Shown here: piece after piece, positions 43,866-57,000 of the stretch
Layout: the number at the start of each line of letters is the position of its first letter
How positions within the stretch are numbered: the stretch's first letter is position 1
Assembly: GCA_964057225.1 (NCBI GenBank)
Contig: OZ059895.1
Location: 22,258,001-22,322,000 of the forward strand
DNA length: 64,000 nucleotides
Reading direction: 5' to 3'
Source of the DNA: Auanema rhodensis
Lineage: Eukaryota > Animalia > Nematoda
Position numbers and translations under genes: made by a program
The notes under the pieces: model-generated
What the model saw: only the letters and a program-made list of their open reading frames with translations
What the model was told of the DNA's origin: nothing
Database searches by the model: none

Positions 43866-46800
43866 GATGAGGTTTTCAAAATAGATTCCCCATTTCCATA
43901 TTAGTCTAAAAACAAATTTTTATTGATCTTGGTGCATGGCAACCATGACTTTAAAATTTACGTGAACTTTAATTTATGCTAATTAAGTGTACACATGATG
44001 TGCACTTGGTATGTAACTCGCTTTACGTCAAAGATAAAGAGATGCGGTTTTCAAAATTAGATTCCCCATGTCCATATTAGTCTAAAAACAAATTTTTATT
44101 AATATTGGTGCATGGTAACCATGACTTTGAAATTTACGTGAACTTTAATTTATGCTAATTAAGTGTACACATGATGTGCGCTTGGTATGTAACTCGCTTC
44201 ACGTGAAAGATAAAGAGATGCGGTTTTCAAAATTAGATTCCCCATTTCCATATTAGTCTAAAAACAAATTTTTATTGATATTGGTGCATGGCAACCATGA
44301 CTTTAAAATTTACGTGAACTTTAATTTATGCTAATTAAGTGTACACATGATGTGCACTTGGTATGTAACTCGCTTCACGTCAAAGATAAAGAGATGCGGT
44401 TTTCAAAATTAGATTCCCCATGTCCATATTAGTCTAAAAACAAATTTTTATTAATATTGGTGCATGGTAACCATGACTTTGAAATTTACGTGAACTTTAA
44501 TTTATGCTAATTAAGTGTACACATGATGTGTACTTGGTATGTAACTCGCTTCACGTGAAAGATGAAGAGATGCGGTTTTCAAAATTAGATTCCTCATGTC
44601 CATATTAGTCTAAAAACGAATTTTTATTGATATTGATGCATGGTAACCATGACTTTGAAATTTACGTGAACTTTAATTTATGCTAATTAAGTGTACACAT
44701 GATGTGCACTTGGTATGTAACTCGCTTCACGTCAAAGATAAAGAGATGCGGTTTTCAAAATTAGATTCCCCATTTCCATGTTAGTCTAAAAACAAATTTT
44801 TATTGATATTGGTGCATGGTAACCATGACTTTGAAATTTACGTGAACTTCAATTTATGCTAATTAAGTGTACACGTGATGTGCACTTGGTATGTAACTCG
44901 CTTCACGTGAAAGATGAAGAGATGCGGTTTTCAAAATTAGATTCCCCATGTCCATATTAGTCTAAAAACACATTTTTGTTGATATTGGTGGATGGTAACC
45001 ATGACTTTGAAATTTACGTGAACTTCAATTTATGCTAATTAAGTGTACACATGATGTGCACTTGGTATGTAACTCGCTTCAAGTCAAAGATAAAGAGATG
45101 CGGTTTTCAAAATTAGATTCCCTATGTCCATATTAGTCTGAAAACAAATTTTTATTAATATTGGTGCATGGTAACCATGACTTTGAAATTTACGTGAACT
45201 TTAATTTATGCTAATTAAGTGTACACATGATGTGCACTTGGTATGTAACTCGCTTCACGTGAAAGATAAAGAGATGCGGTTTTCAAAATAGATTCCCCAT
45301 TTCCATATTAGTCTAAAAACAAATTTTTATTGATCTTGGTGCATGGCAACCATGACTTTAAAATTTACGTGAACTTTAATTTATGCTAATTAAGTGTACA
45401 CATGATGTGCACTTGGTATGTAACTCGCTTTACGTCAAAGATAAAGAGATGCGGTTTTCAAAATTAGATTCCCCATGTCCATATTAGTCTAAAAACAAAT
45501 TTTTATTAATATTGGTGCATGGTAACCATGACTTTGAAATTTACGTGAACTTTAATTTATGCTAATTAAGTGTACACATGATGTGCGCTTGGTATGTAAC
45601 TCACTTCACGTGAAAGATAAAGAGATGCGGTTTTCAAAATTAGATTCCCCATTTCCATATTAGTCTAAAAACAAATTTTTATTGATATTGGTGCATGGCA
45701 ACCATGACTTTAAAATTTACGTGAACTTTAATTTATGCTAATTAAGTGTACACATGATGTGCACTTGGTATGTAACTCGCTTCACGTCAAAGATAAAGAG
45801 ATGCGGTTTTCAAAATTAGATTCCCCATGTCCATATTAGTCTAAAAACAAATTTTTATTAATATTGGTGCATGGTAACCATGACTTTGAAATTTACGTGA
45901 ACTTTAATTTATGCTAATTAAGTGTACACATGATGTGCACTTGGTATGTAACTCGCTTCACGTGAAAGATGAAGAGATGCGGTTTTCAAAATTAGATTCC
46001 TCATGTCCATATTAGTCTAAAAACGAATTTTTATTGATATTGATGCATGGTAACCATGACTTTGAAATTTACGTGAACTTTAATTTATGCTAATTAAGTG
46101 TACACATGATGTGCACTTGGTATGTAACTCGCTTCACGTGAAAGATGAAGAGATGCGGTTTTCAAAATTAGATTCCTCATGTCCATATTAGTCTAAAAAC
46201 GAATTTTTATTGATATTGATGCATGGTAACCATGACTTTGAAATTTACGTGAACTTTAATTTATGCTTATTAAGTGTACACGTGATGTGCACTTGGTATG
46301 TAACTCGCTTCACGTGAAAGATGAAGAGATGCGGTTTTCAAAATTAGATTCCCCATGTCCATATTAGTCTAAAAACACATTTTTGTTGATATTGGTGGAT
46401 GGTAACCATGACTTTGAAATTTACGTGAACTTCAATTTATGCTAATTAAGTGTACACATGATGTGCACTTGGTATGTAACTCGCTTCAAGTCAAAGATAA
46501 AGAGATGCGGTTTTCAAAATTAGATTCCCTATGTCCATATTAGTCTGAAAACAAATTTTTATTAATATTGGTGCATGGTAACCATGACTTTGAAATTTAC
46601 GTGAACTTTAATTTATGCTAATTAAGTGTACACATGATGTGCACTTGGTATGTAACTCGCTTCACGTGAAAGATAAAGAGATGCGGTTTTCAAAATAGAT
46701 TCCCCATTTCCATATTAGTCTAAAAACAAATTTTTATTGATCTTGGTGCATGGCAACCATGACTTTAAAATTTACGTGAACTTTAATTTATGCTAATTAA

Positions 46801-49800
46801 GTGTACACATGATGTGCACTTGGTATGTAACTCGCTTTACGTCAAAGATAAAGAGATGCGGTTTTCAAAATTAGATTCCCCATGTCCATATTAGTCTAAA
46901 AACAAATTTTTATTAATATTGGTGCATGGTAACCATGACTTTGAAATTTACGTGAACTTTAATTTATGCTAATTAAGTGTACACATGATGTGCGCTTGGT
47001 ATGTAACTCACTTCACGTGAAAGATAAAGAGATGCGGTTTTCAAAATTAGATTCCCCATTTCCATATTAGTCTAAAAACAAATTTTTATTGATATTGGTG
47101 CATGGCAACCATGACTTTAAAATTTACGTGAACTTTAATTTATGCTAATTAAGTGTACACATGATGTGCACTTGGTATGTAACTCGCTTCACGTCAAAGA
47201 TAAAGAGATGCGGTTTTCAAAATTAGATTCCCCATGTCCATATTAGTCTAAAAACAAATTTTTATTAATATTGGTGCATGGTAACCATGACTTTGAAATT
47301 TACGTGAACTTTAATTTATGCTAATTAAGTGTACACATGATGTGCACTTGGTATGTAACTCGCTTCACGTGAAAGATGAAGAGATGCGGTTTTCAAAATT
47401 AGATTCCTCATGTCCATATTAGTCTAAAAACGAATTTTTATTGATATTGATGCATGGTAACCATGACTTTGAAATTTACGTGAACTTTAATTTATGCTTA
47501 TTAAGTGTACACGTGAAGTGCACTTGGTATGTAACTCGCTTCACGTGAAAGATAAAGAGATGCGGTTTTCAAAATTAGATTCCCCTTGTCCATATTAGTC
47601 TAAAAACAAATTGTTATTGATATTGGTGCATGGTAACCATGACTTTAAAATTTACGTGAACTTTAATTTATGCTAATTAAGTGTACACATGATGTGCACT
47701 TGGTATGTAACTCGCTTCAAGTCAAAGATAAAGAGATGCGGTTTTCAAAATTAGATTCCTCATGTCCATATTAGTCTAAAAACGAATTTTCATTGATATT
47801 GATGCATGGTAACCATGACTTTGAAATTTACGTGAACTTTAATTTATGCTAATTAAGTGTACACATGATGTGCACTTGGTATGTAACTCGCTTCAAGTCA
47901 AAGATAAAGAGATGCGGTTTTCAAAATTAGATTCCCTATGTCCATATTAGTCTAAAAACAAATTTTTATTAATATTGGTGCATGGTAACCATGACTTTGA
48001 AATTTACGTGAACTTTAATTTATGCTAATTAAGTGCACACATGATGTGCGCTTGGTATGTAACTCGCTTCACGTGAAAGATAAAGAGATGCGGTTTTCAA
48101 AATTAGATTCCCCATTTCCATATTAATCTAAAAACAAATTTTTATTGATATTGGTGCATGGCAACCATGACTTTAAAATTTACGTGAACTTTAATTTATG
48201 CTAATTAAGTGTACACATGATGTGCACTTGGTATGTAACTCGCTTCAAGTCAAAGATAAAGAGATGCGGTTTTCAAAATTAGATTCCTCATGTCCATATT
48301 AGTCTGAAAACGAATTTTCATTGATATTGATGCATGGTAACCATGACTTTGAAATTTACGTGAACTTTAATTTATGCTAATTAAGTGTACACATGATGTG
48401 CACTTGGTATGTAACTCGCTTCACGTGAAAGATGAAGAGATGCGGTTTTCAAAATTAGATTCCTCATGTCCATATTAGTCTAAAAACGAATTTTTATTGA
48501 TATTGATGCATGGTAACCATGACTTTGAAATTTACGTGAACTTTAATTTATGCTTATTAAGTGTACACGTGAAGTGCACTTGGTATGTAACTCGCTTCAC
48601 GTGAAAGATAAAGAGATGCGGTTTTCAAAATTAGATTCCCCTTGTCCATATTAGTCTAAAAACAAATTGTTATTGATATTGGTGCATGGTAACCATGACT
48701 TTAAAATTTACGTGAACTTTAATTTATGCTAATTAAGTGTACACATGATGTGCACTTGGTATGTAACTCGCTTCAAGTCAAAGATAAAGAGATGCGGTTT
48801 TCAAAATTAGATTCCTCATGTCCATATTAGTCTAAAAACGAATTTTCATTGATATTGATGCATGGTAACCATGACTTTGAAATTTACGTGAACTTTAATT
48901 TATGCTAATTAAGTGTACACATGATGTGCACTTGGTATGTAACTCGCTTCAAGTCAAAGATAAAGAGATGCGGTTTTCAAAATTAGATTCCCTATGTCCA
49001 TATTAGTCTAAAAACAAATTTTTATTAATATTGGTGCATGGTAACCATGACTTTGAAATTTACGTGAACTTTAATTTATGCTAATTAAGTGCACACATGA
49101 TGTGCGCTTGGTATGTAACTCGCTTCACGTGAAAGATAAAGAGATGCGGTTTTCAAAATTAGATTCCCCATTTCCATATTAGTCTAAAAACAAATTTTTA
49201 TTGATATTGGTGCATGGCAACCATGACTTTAAAATTTACGTGAACTTTAATTTATGCTAATTAAGTGTACACATGATGTGCACTTGGTATGTAACTCGCT
49301 TCAAGTCAAAGATAAAGAGATGCGGTTTTCAAAATTAGATTCCTCATGTCCATATTAGTCTAAAAACGAATTTTCATTGATATTGATGCATGGTAACCAT
49401 GACTTTGAAATTTACGTGAACTTTAATTTATGCTAATTAAGTGTACACATGATGTGCACTTGGTATGTAACTCGCTTCAAGTCAAAGATAAAGAGATGCG
49501 GTTTTCAAAATTAGATTCCCCATGTCCATATTAGTCTAAAAACAAATTTTTGTTGATATTGGTGGATGGTAACCATGACTTTGAAATTTACGTGAACTTT
49601 AATTTATGCTAATTAAGTGTACACATGATGTGCACTTGGTATGTAACTCGCTTCACGTCAAAGATAAAGAGATGCGGTTTTCAAAATTAGATTCCCTATG
49701 TCCATATTAGTCTAAAAACAAATTTTTATTAATATTGGTGCATGGTAACCATGACTTTGAAATTTACGTGAACTTTAATTTATGCTAATTAAGTGTACAC

Positions 49801-50688
49801 ATGATGTGCGCTTGGTATGTAACTCGCTTCACGTGAAAGATAAAGAGATGCGGTTTTCAAAATTAGATTCCCCATTTCCATATTAGTCTAAAAACAAATT
49901 TTTATTGATATTGGTGCATGGCAACCATGACTTTAAAATTTACGTGAACTTTAATTTATGCTAATTAAGTGTACACATGATGTGCACTTGGTATGTAACT
50001 CGCTTTACGTCAAAGATAAAGAGATGCGGTTTTCAAAATTAGATTTCCCATGTCCATATTAGTCTAAAAACAAATTTTTATTAATATTGGTGCATGGTAA
50101 CCATGACTTTAAAATTTACGTGAACTTTAATTTATGCTAATTAAGTGTACACATGATGTGCACTTGGTATGTAACTCGCTTCACGTCAAAGATAAAGAGA
50201 TGCGGTTTTCAAAATTAGATTCCCCATGTCCATATTAGTCTAAAAACAAATTTTCATTAATATTGGTGCATGGTAACCATGACTTTGAAATTTACGTGAA
50301 CTTTAATTTATGCTAATTAAGTGTACACATGATGTGCACTTGGTATGTAACTCGCTTCACGTGAAAGATGAAGAGATGCGGTTTTCAAAATTAGATTCCT
50401 CATGTCCATATTAGTCTAAAAACGAATTTTTATTGATATTGATGCATGGTAACCATGACTTTGAAATTTACGTGAACTTTAATTTATGCTTATTAAGTGT
50501 ACACGTGATGTGCACTTGGTATGTAACTCGCTTCACGTGAAAGATAAAGAGATGCGGTTTTCAAAATTAGATTCCCCATGTCCATATTAGTCTAAAAACA
50601 AATTGTTATTGATATTGGTGCATGGTAACCATGACTTTGAAATTTACGTGAACTTTAATTTATGCTAATTAAGTGTACACATGATGTG

Positions 50689-50965
50689 TGTTTTTAGACT
50701 AATATGGACATGGGGAATCTAATTTTGAAAACCGCATCTCTTTATCTTTGACGTAAAGCGAGTTACATACCAAGTGCACATCATGTGCACACTTAATTAG
50801 CATAAATTAAAGTTCACGTAAATTTTAAAGTCATGGTTGCCATGCACCAAGATCAATAAAAATTTGTTTTTAGACTAATATGGAAATGGGGAATCTATTT
50901 TGAAAACCGCATCTCTTTATCTTTCACGTGAAGCGAGTTACATACCAAGTGCACATCATGTGTAC
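50689..50965 (-). repeat. Inverted satellite segment (277 bp, ~1.6 monomers)
   Basis: TGTTTTTAGACTAATATGGACATGGGGAATCTAATTTTGAAAACCGCATCTC...CACATCATGTGTAC is the reverse complement of the monomer, from GTACACATGATGTG through to TAGTCTAAAAACA of the following monomer. It is followed by a TG filler at 50966-50967. Confidence 0.96.
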
Positions 50966-51015
50966 TGTAGTCTAAAAACAAATTTTTATTAATATTGGTG
51001 CATGGTAACCATGAC

Positions 51016-51065
51016 TTTGAAATTTACGTGAACTTTAATTTTTGAAATTTACGTGAACTTTAATT
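51016..51065 (+). repeat. 25-bp intra-monomer direct tandem duplication (TTTGAAATTTACGTGAACTTTAATT x2)
   Basis: Identical copies at 51016-51040 and 51041-51065, then the normal TATGCTAATTAAG continuation. I saw this in no other monomer. Confidence 0.95.
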
Positions 51066-54000
51066 TATGCTAATTAAGTGTACACATGATGTGCACTTGG
51101 TATGTAACTCGCTTCACGTGAAAGATGAAGAGATGCGGTTTTCAAAATTAGATTCCCCATGTCCATATTAGTCTAAAAACAAATTTTTATTGATATTGAT
51201 GCATGGTAACCATGACTTTGAAATTTACGTGAACTTTAATTTATGCTAATTAAGTGTACACATGATGTGCACTTGGTATGTAACTCGCTTCACGTGAAAG
51301 ATGAAGAGATGCGGTTTTCAAAATTAGATTCCCCATGTCCATATTAGTCTAAAAACAAATTTTTATTGATATTGATGCATGGTAACCATGACTTTGAAAT
51401 TTACGTGAACTTTAATTTATGCTAATTAAGTGTACACATGATGTGCACTTGGTATGTAACTCGCTTCACGTCAAAGATAAAGAGATGCGGTTTTCAAAAA
51501 TAGATTCCCCATGTCCATATTAGTCTAAAAACAAATTTTTATTAATATTGGTGCATGGTAACCATGACTTTGAAATTTACGTGAACTTTAATTTATGCTA
51601 ATTAAGTGTACACATGATGTGCGCTTGGTATGTAACTCGCTTCACGTGAAAGATAAAGAGATGCGGTTTTCAAAATTAGATTCCCCATTTCCATATTAGT
51701 CTAAAAACAAATTTTTATTGATATTGGTGCATGGCAACCATGACTTTAAAATTTACGTGAACTTTAATTTATGCTAATTAAGTGTACACATGATGTGCAC
51801 TTGGTATGTAACTCGCTTCACGTCAAAGATAAAGAGATGCGGTTTTCAAAATTAGATTCCCCATGTCCATATTAGTCTAAAAACAAATTTTTATTAATAT
51901 TGGTGCATGGTAACCATGACTTTGAAATTTACGTGAACTTTAATTTATGCTAATTAAGTGTACACATGATGTGTACTTGGTATGTAACTCGCTTCACGTG
52001 AAAGATGAAGAGATGCGGTTTTCAAAATTAGATTCCTCATGTCCATATTAGTCTAAAAACGAATTTTTATTGATATTGATGCATGGTAACCATGACTTTG
52101 AAATTTACGTGAACTTTAATTTATGCTAATTAAGTGTACACATGATGTGCACTTGGTATGTAACTCGCTTCACGTCAAAGATAAAGAGATGCGGTTTTCA
52201 AAATTAGATTCCCCATTTCCATGTTAGTCTAAAAACAAATTTTTATTGATATTGGTGCATGGTAACCATGACTTTGAAATTTACGTGAACTTCAATTTAT
52301 GCTAATTAAGTGTACACGTGATGTGCACTTGGTATGTAACTCGCTTCACGTGAAAGATGAAGAGATGCGGTTTTCAAAATTAGATTCCCCATGTCCATAT
52401 TAGTCTAAAAACACATTTTTGTTGATATTGGTGGATGGTAACCATGACTTTGAAATTTACGTGAACTTCAATTTATGCTAATTAAGTGTACACATGATGT
52501 GCACTTGGTATGTAACTCGCTTCAAGTCAAAGATAAAGAGATGCGGTTTTCAAAATTAGATTCCCTATGTCCATATTAGTCTGAAAACAAATTTTTATTA
52601 ATATTGGTGCATGGTAACCATGACTTTGAAATTTACGTGAACTTTAATTTATGCTAATTAAGTGTACACATGATGTGCACTTGGTATGTAACTCGCTTCA
52701 CGTGAAAGATAAAGAGATGCGGTTTTCAAAATAGATTCCCCATTTCCATATTAGTCTAAAAACAAATTTTTATTGATCTTGGTGCATGGCAACCATGACT
52801 TTAAAATTTACGTGAACTTTAATTTATGCTAATTAAGTGTACACATGATGTGCACTTGGTATGTAACTCGCTTTACGTCAAAGATAAAGAGATGCGGTTT
52901 TCAAAATTAGATTCCCCATGTCCATATTAGTCTAAAAACAAATTTTTATTAATATTGGTGCATGGTAACCATGACTTTGAAATTTACGTGAACTTTAATT
53001 TATGCTAATTAAGTGTACACATGATGTGCGCTTGGTATGTAACTCACTTCACGTGAAAGATAAAGAGATGCGGTTTTCAAAATTAGATTCCCCATTTCCA
53101 TATTAGTCTAAAAACAAATTTTTATTGATATTGGTGCATGGCAACCATGACTTTAAAATTTACGTGAACTTTAATTTATGCTAATTAAGTGTACACATGA
53201 TGTGCACTTGGTATGTAACTCGCTTCACGTCAAAGATAAAGAGATGCGGTTTTCAAAATTAGATTCCCCATGTCCATATTAGTCTAAAAACAAATTTTTA
53301 TTAATATTGGTGCATGGTAACCATGACTTTGAAATTTACGTGAACTTTAATTTATGCTAATTAAGTGTACACATGATGTGCACTTGGTATGTAACTCGCT
53401 TCACGTGAAAGATGAAGAGATGCGGTTTTCAAAATTAGATTCCTCATGTCCATATTAGTCTAAAAACGAATTTTTATTGATATTGATGCATGGTAACCAT
53501 GACTTTGAAATTTACGTGAACTTTAATTTATGCTAATTAAGTGTACACATGATGTGCACTTGGTATGTAACTCGCTTCACGTGAAAGATGAAGAGATGCG
53601 GTTTTCAAAATTAGATTCCTCATGTCCATATTAGTCTAAAAACGAATTTTTATTGATATTGATGCATGGTAACCATGACTTTGAAATTTACGTGAACTTT
53701 AATTTATGCTTATTAAGTGTACACGTGATGTGCACTTGGTATGTAACTCGCTTCACGTGAAAGATGAAGAGATGCGGTTTTCAAAATTAGATTCCCCATG
53801 TCCATATTAGTCTAAAAACACATTTTTGTTGATATTGGTGGATGGTAACCATGACTTTGAAATTTACGTGAACTTCAATTTATGCTAATTAAGTGTACAC
53901 ATGATGTGCACTTGGTATGTAACTCGCTTCAAGTCAAAGATAAAGAGATGCGGTTTTCAAAATTAGATTCCCTATGTCCATATTAGTCTGAAAACAAATT

Positions 54001-57000
54001 TTTATTAATATTGGTGCATGGTAACCATGACTTTGAAATTTACGTGAACTTTAATTTATGCTAATTAAGTGTACACATGATGTGCACTTGGTATGTAACT
54101 CGCTTCACGTGAAAGATAAAGAGATGCGGTTTTCAAAATAGATTCCCCATTTCCATATTAGTCTAAAAACAAATTTTTATTGATCTTGGTGCATGGCAAC
54201 CATGACTTTAAAATTTACGTGAACTTTAATTTATGCTAATTAAGTGTACACATGATGTGCACTTGGTATGTAACTCGCTTTACGTCAAAGATAAAGAGAT
54301 GCGGTTTTCAAAATTAGATTCCCCATGTCCATATTAGTCTAAAAACAAATTTTTATTAATATTGGTGCATGGTAACCATGACTTTGAAATTTACGTGAAC
54401 TTTAATTTATGCTAATTAAGTGTACACATGATGTGCGCTTGGTATGTAACTCACTTCACGTGAAAGATAAAGAGATGCGGTTTTCAAAATTAGATTCCCC
54501 ATTTCCATATTAGTCTAAAAACAAATTTTTATTGATATTGGTGCATGGCAACCATGACTTTAAAATTTACGTGAACTTTAATTTATGCTAATTAAGTGTA
54601 CACATGATGTGCACTTGGTATGTAACTCGCTTCACGTCAAAGATAAAGAGATGCGGTTTTCAAAATTAGATTCCCCATGTCCATATTAGTCTAAAAACAA
54701 ATTTTTATTAATATTGGTGCATGGTAACCATGACTTTGAAATTTACGTGAACTTTAATTTATGCTAATTAAGTGTACACATGATGTGCACTTGGTATGTA
54801 ACTCGCTTCACGTGAAAGATGAAGAGATGCGGTTTTCAAAATTAGATTCCTCATGTCCATATTAGTCTAAAAACGAATTTTTATTGATATTGATGCATGG
54901 TAACCATGACTTTGAAATTTACGTGAACTTTAATTTATGCTTATTAAGTGTACACGTGAAGTGCACTTGGTATGTAACTCGCTTCACGTGAAAGATAAAG
55001 AGATGCGGTTTTCAAAATTAGATTCCCCTTGTCCATATTAGTCTAAAAACAAATTGTTATTGATATTGGTGCATGGTAACCATGACTTTAAAATTTACGT
55101 GAACTTTAATTTATGCTAATTAACTGTACACATGATGTGCACTTGGTATGTAACTCGCTTCAAGTCAAAGATAAAGAGATGCGGTTTTCAAAATTAGATT
55201 CCTCATGTCCATATTAGTCTAAAAACGAATTTTCATTGATATTGATGCATGGTAACCATGACTTTGAAATTTACGTGAACTTTAATTTATGCTAATTAAG
55301 TGTACACATGATGTGCACTTGGTATGTAACTCGCTTCAAGTCAAAGATAAAGAGATGCGGTTTTCAAAATTAGATTCCCTATGTCCATATTAGTCTAAAA
55401 ACAAATTTTTATTAATATTGGTGCATGGTAACCATGACTTTGAAATTTACGTGAACTTTAATTTATGCTAATTAAGTGCACACATGATGTGCGCTTGGTA
55501 TGTAACTCGCTTCACGTGAAAGATAAAGAGATGCGGTTTTCAAAATTAGATTCCTCATGTCCATATTAGTCTGAAAACGAATTTTCATTGATATTGATGC
55601 ATGGTAACTATGACTTTGAAATTTACGTGAACTTTAATTTATGCTAATTAAGTGTACACATGATGTGCACTTGGTATGTAACTCGCTTCACGTGAAAGAT
55701 GAAGAGATGCGGTTTTCAAAATTAGATTCCTCATGTCCATATTAGTCTAAAAACGAATTTTTATTGATATTGATGCATGGTAACCATGACTTTGAAATTT
55801 ACGTGAACTTTAATTTATGCTTATTAAGTGTACACGTGAAGTGCACTTGGTATGTAACTCGCTTCACGTGAAAGATAAAGAGATGCGGTTTTCAAAATTA
55901 GATTCCCCTTGTCCATATTAGTCTAAAAACAAATTGTTATTGATATTGGTGCATGGTAACCATGACTTTAAAATTTACGTGAACTTTAATTTATGCTAAT
56001 TAAGTGTACACATGATGTGCACTTGGTATGTAACTCGCTTCAAGTCAAAGATAAAGAGATGCGGTTTTCAAAATTAGATTCCTCATGTCCATATTAGTCT
56101 AAAAACGAATTTTCATTGATATTGATGCATGGTAACCATGACTTTGAAATTTACGTGAACTTTAATTTATGCTAATTAAGTGTACACATGATGTGCACTT
56201 GGTATGTAACTCGCTTCAAGTCAAAGATAAAGAGATGCGGTTTTCAAAATTAGATTCCCTATGTCCATATTAGTCTAAAAACAAATTTTTATTAATATTG
56301 GTGCATGGTAACCATGACTTTGAAATTTACGTGAACTTTAATTTATGCTAATTAAGTGCACACATGATGTGCGCTTGGTATGTAACTCGCTTCACGTGAA
56401 AGATAAAGAGATGCGGTTTTCAAAATTAGATTCCCCATTTCCATATTAGTCTAAAAACAAATTTTTATTGATATTGGTGCATGGCAACCATGACTTTAAA
56501 ATTTACGTGAACTTTAATTTATGCTAATTAAGTGTACACATGATGTGCACTTGGTATGTAACTCGCTTCAAGTCAAAGATAAAGAGATGCGGTTTTCAAA
56601 ATTAGATTCCTCATGTCCATATTAGTCTAAAAACGAATTTTCATTGATATTGATGCATGGTAACCATGACTTTGAAATTTACGTGAACTTTAATTTATGC
56701 TAATTAAGTGTACACATGATGTGCACTTGGTATGTAACTCGCTTCAAGTCAAAGATAAAGAGATGCGGTTTTCAAAATTAGATTCCCCATGTCCATATTA
56801 GTCTAAAAACAAATTTTTGTTGATATTGGTGGATGGTAACCATGACTTTGAAATTTACGTGAACTTTAATTTATGCTAATTAAGTGTACACATGATGTGC
56901 ACTTGGTATGTAACTCGCTTCACGTCAAAGATAAAGAGATGCGGTTTTCAAAATTAGATTCCCTATGTCCATATTAGTCTAAAAACAAATTTTTATTAAT

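Larger units (their letters stand above)
1..50688 (+). repeat. Left forward-orientation block of the 176-bp satellite
   Basis: Uninterrupted head-to-tail monomers up to ...GTACACATGATGTG (50688), where the expected CACTTGG continuation is replaced by reverse-complement satellite. Confidence 0.95.

Noticed and set aside
50675-50980. Transposon/MITE or site-specific invertible element with terminal inverted repeats
   Set aside because: The interior is pure satellite, there is no direct target-site duplication and no recombinase gene, and the inverted repeats are simply duplicated breakpoint sequence.
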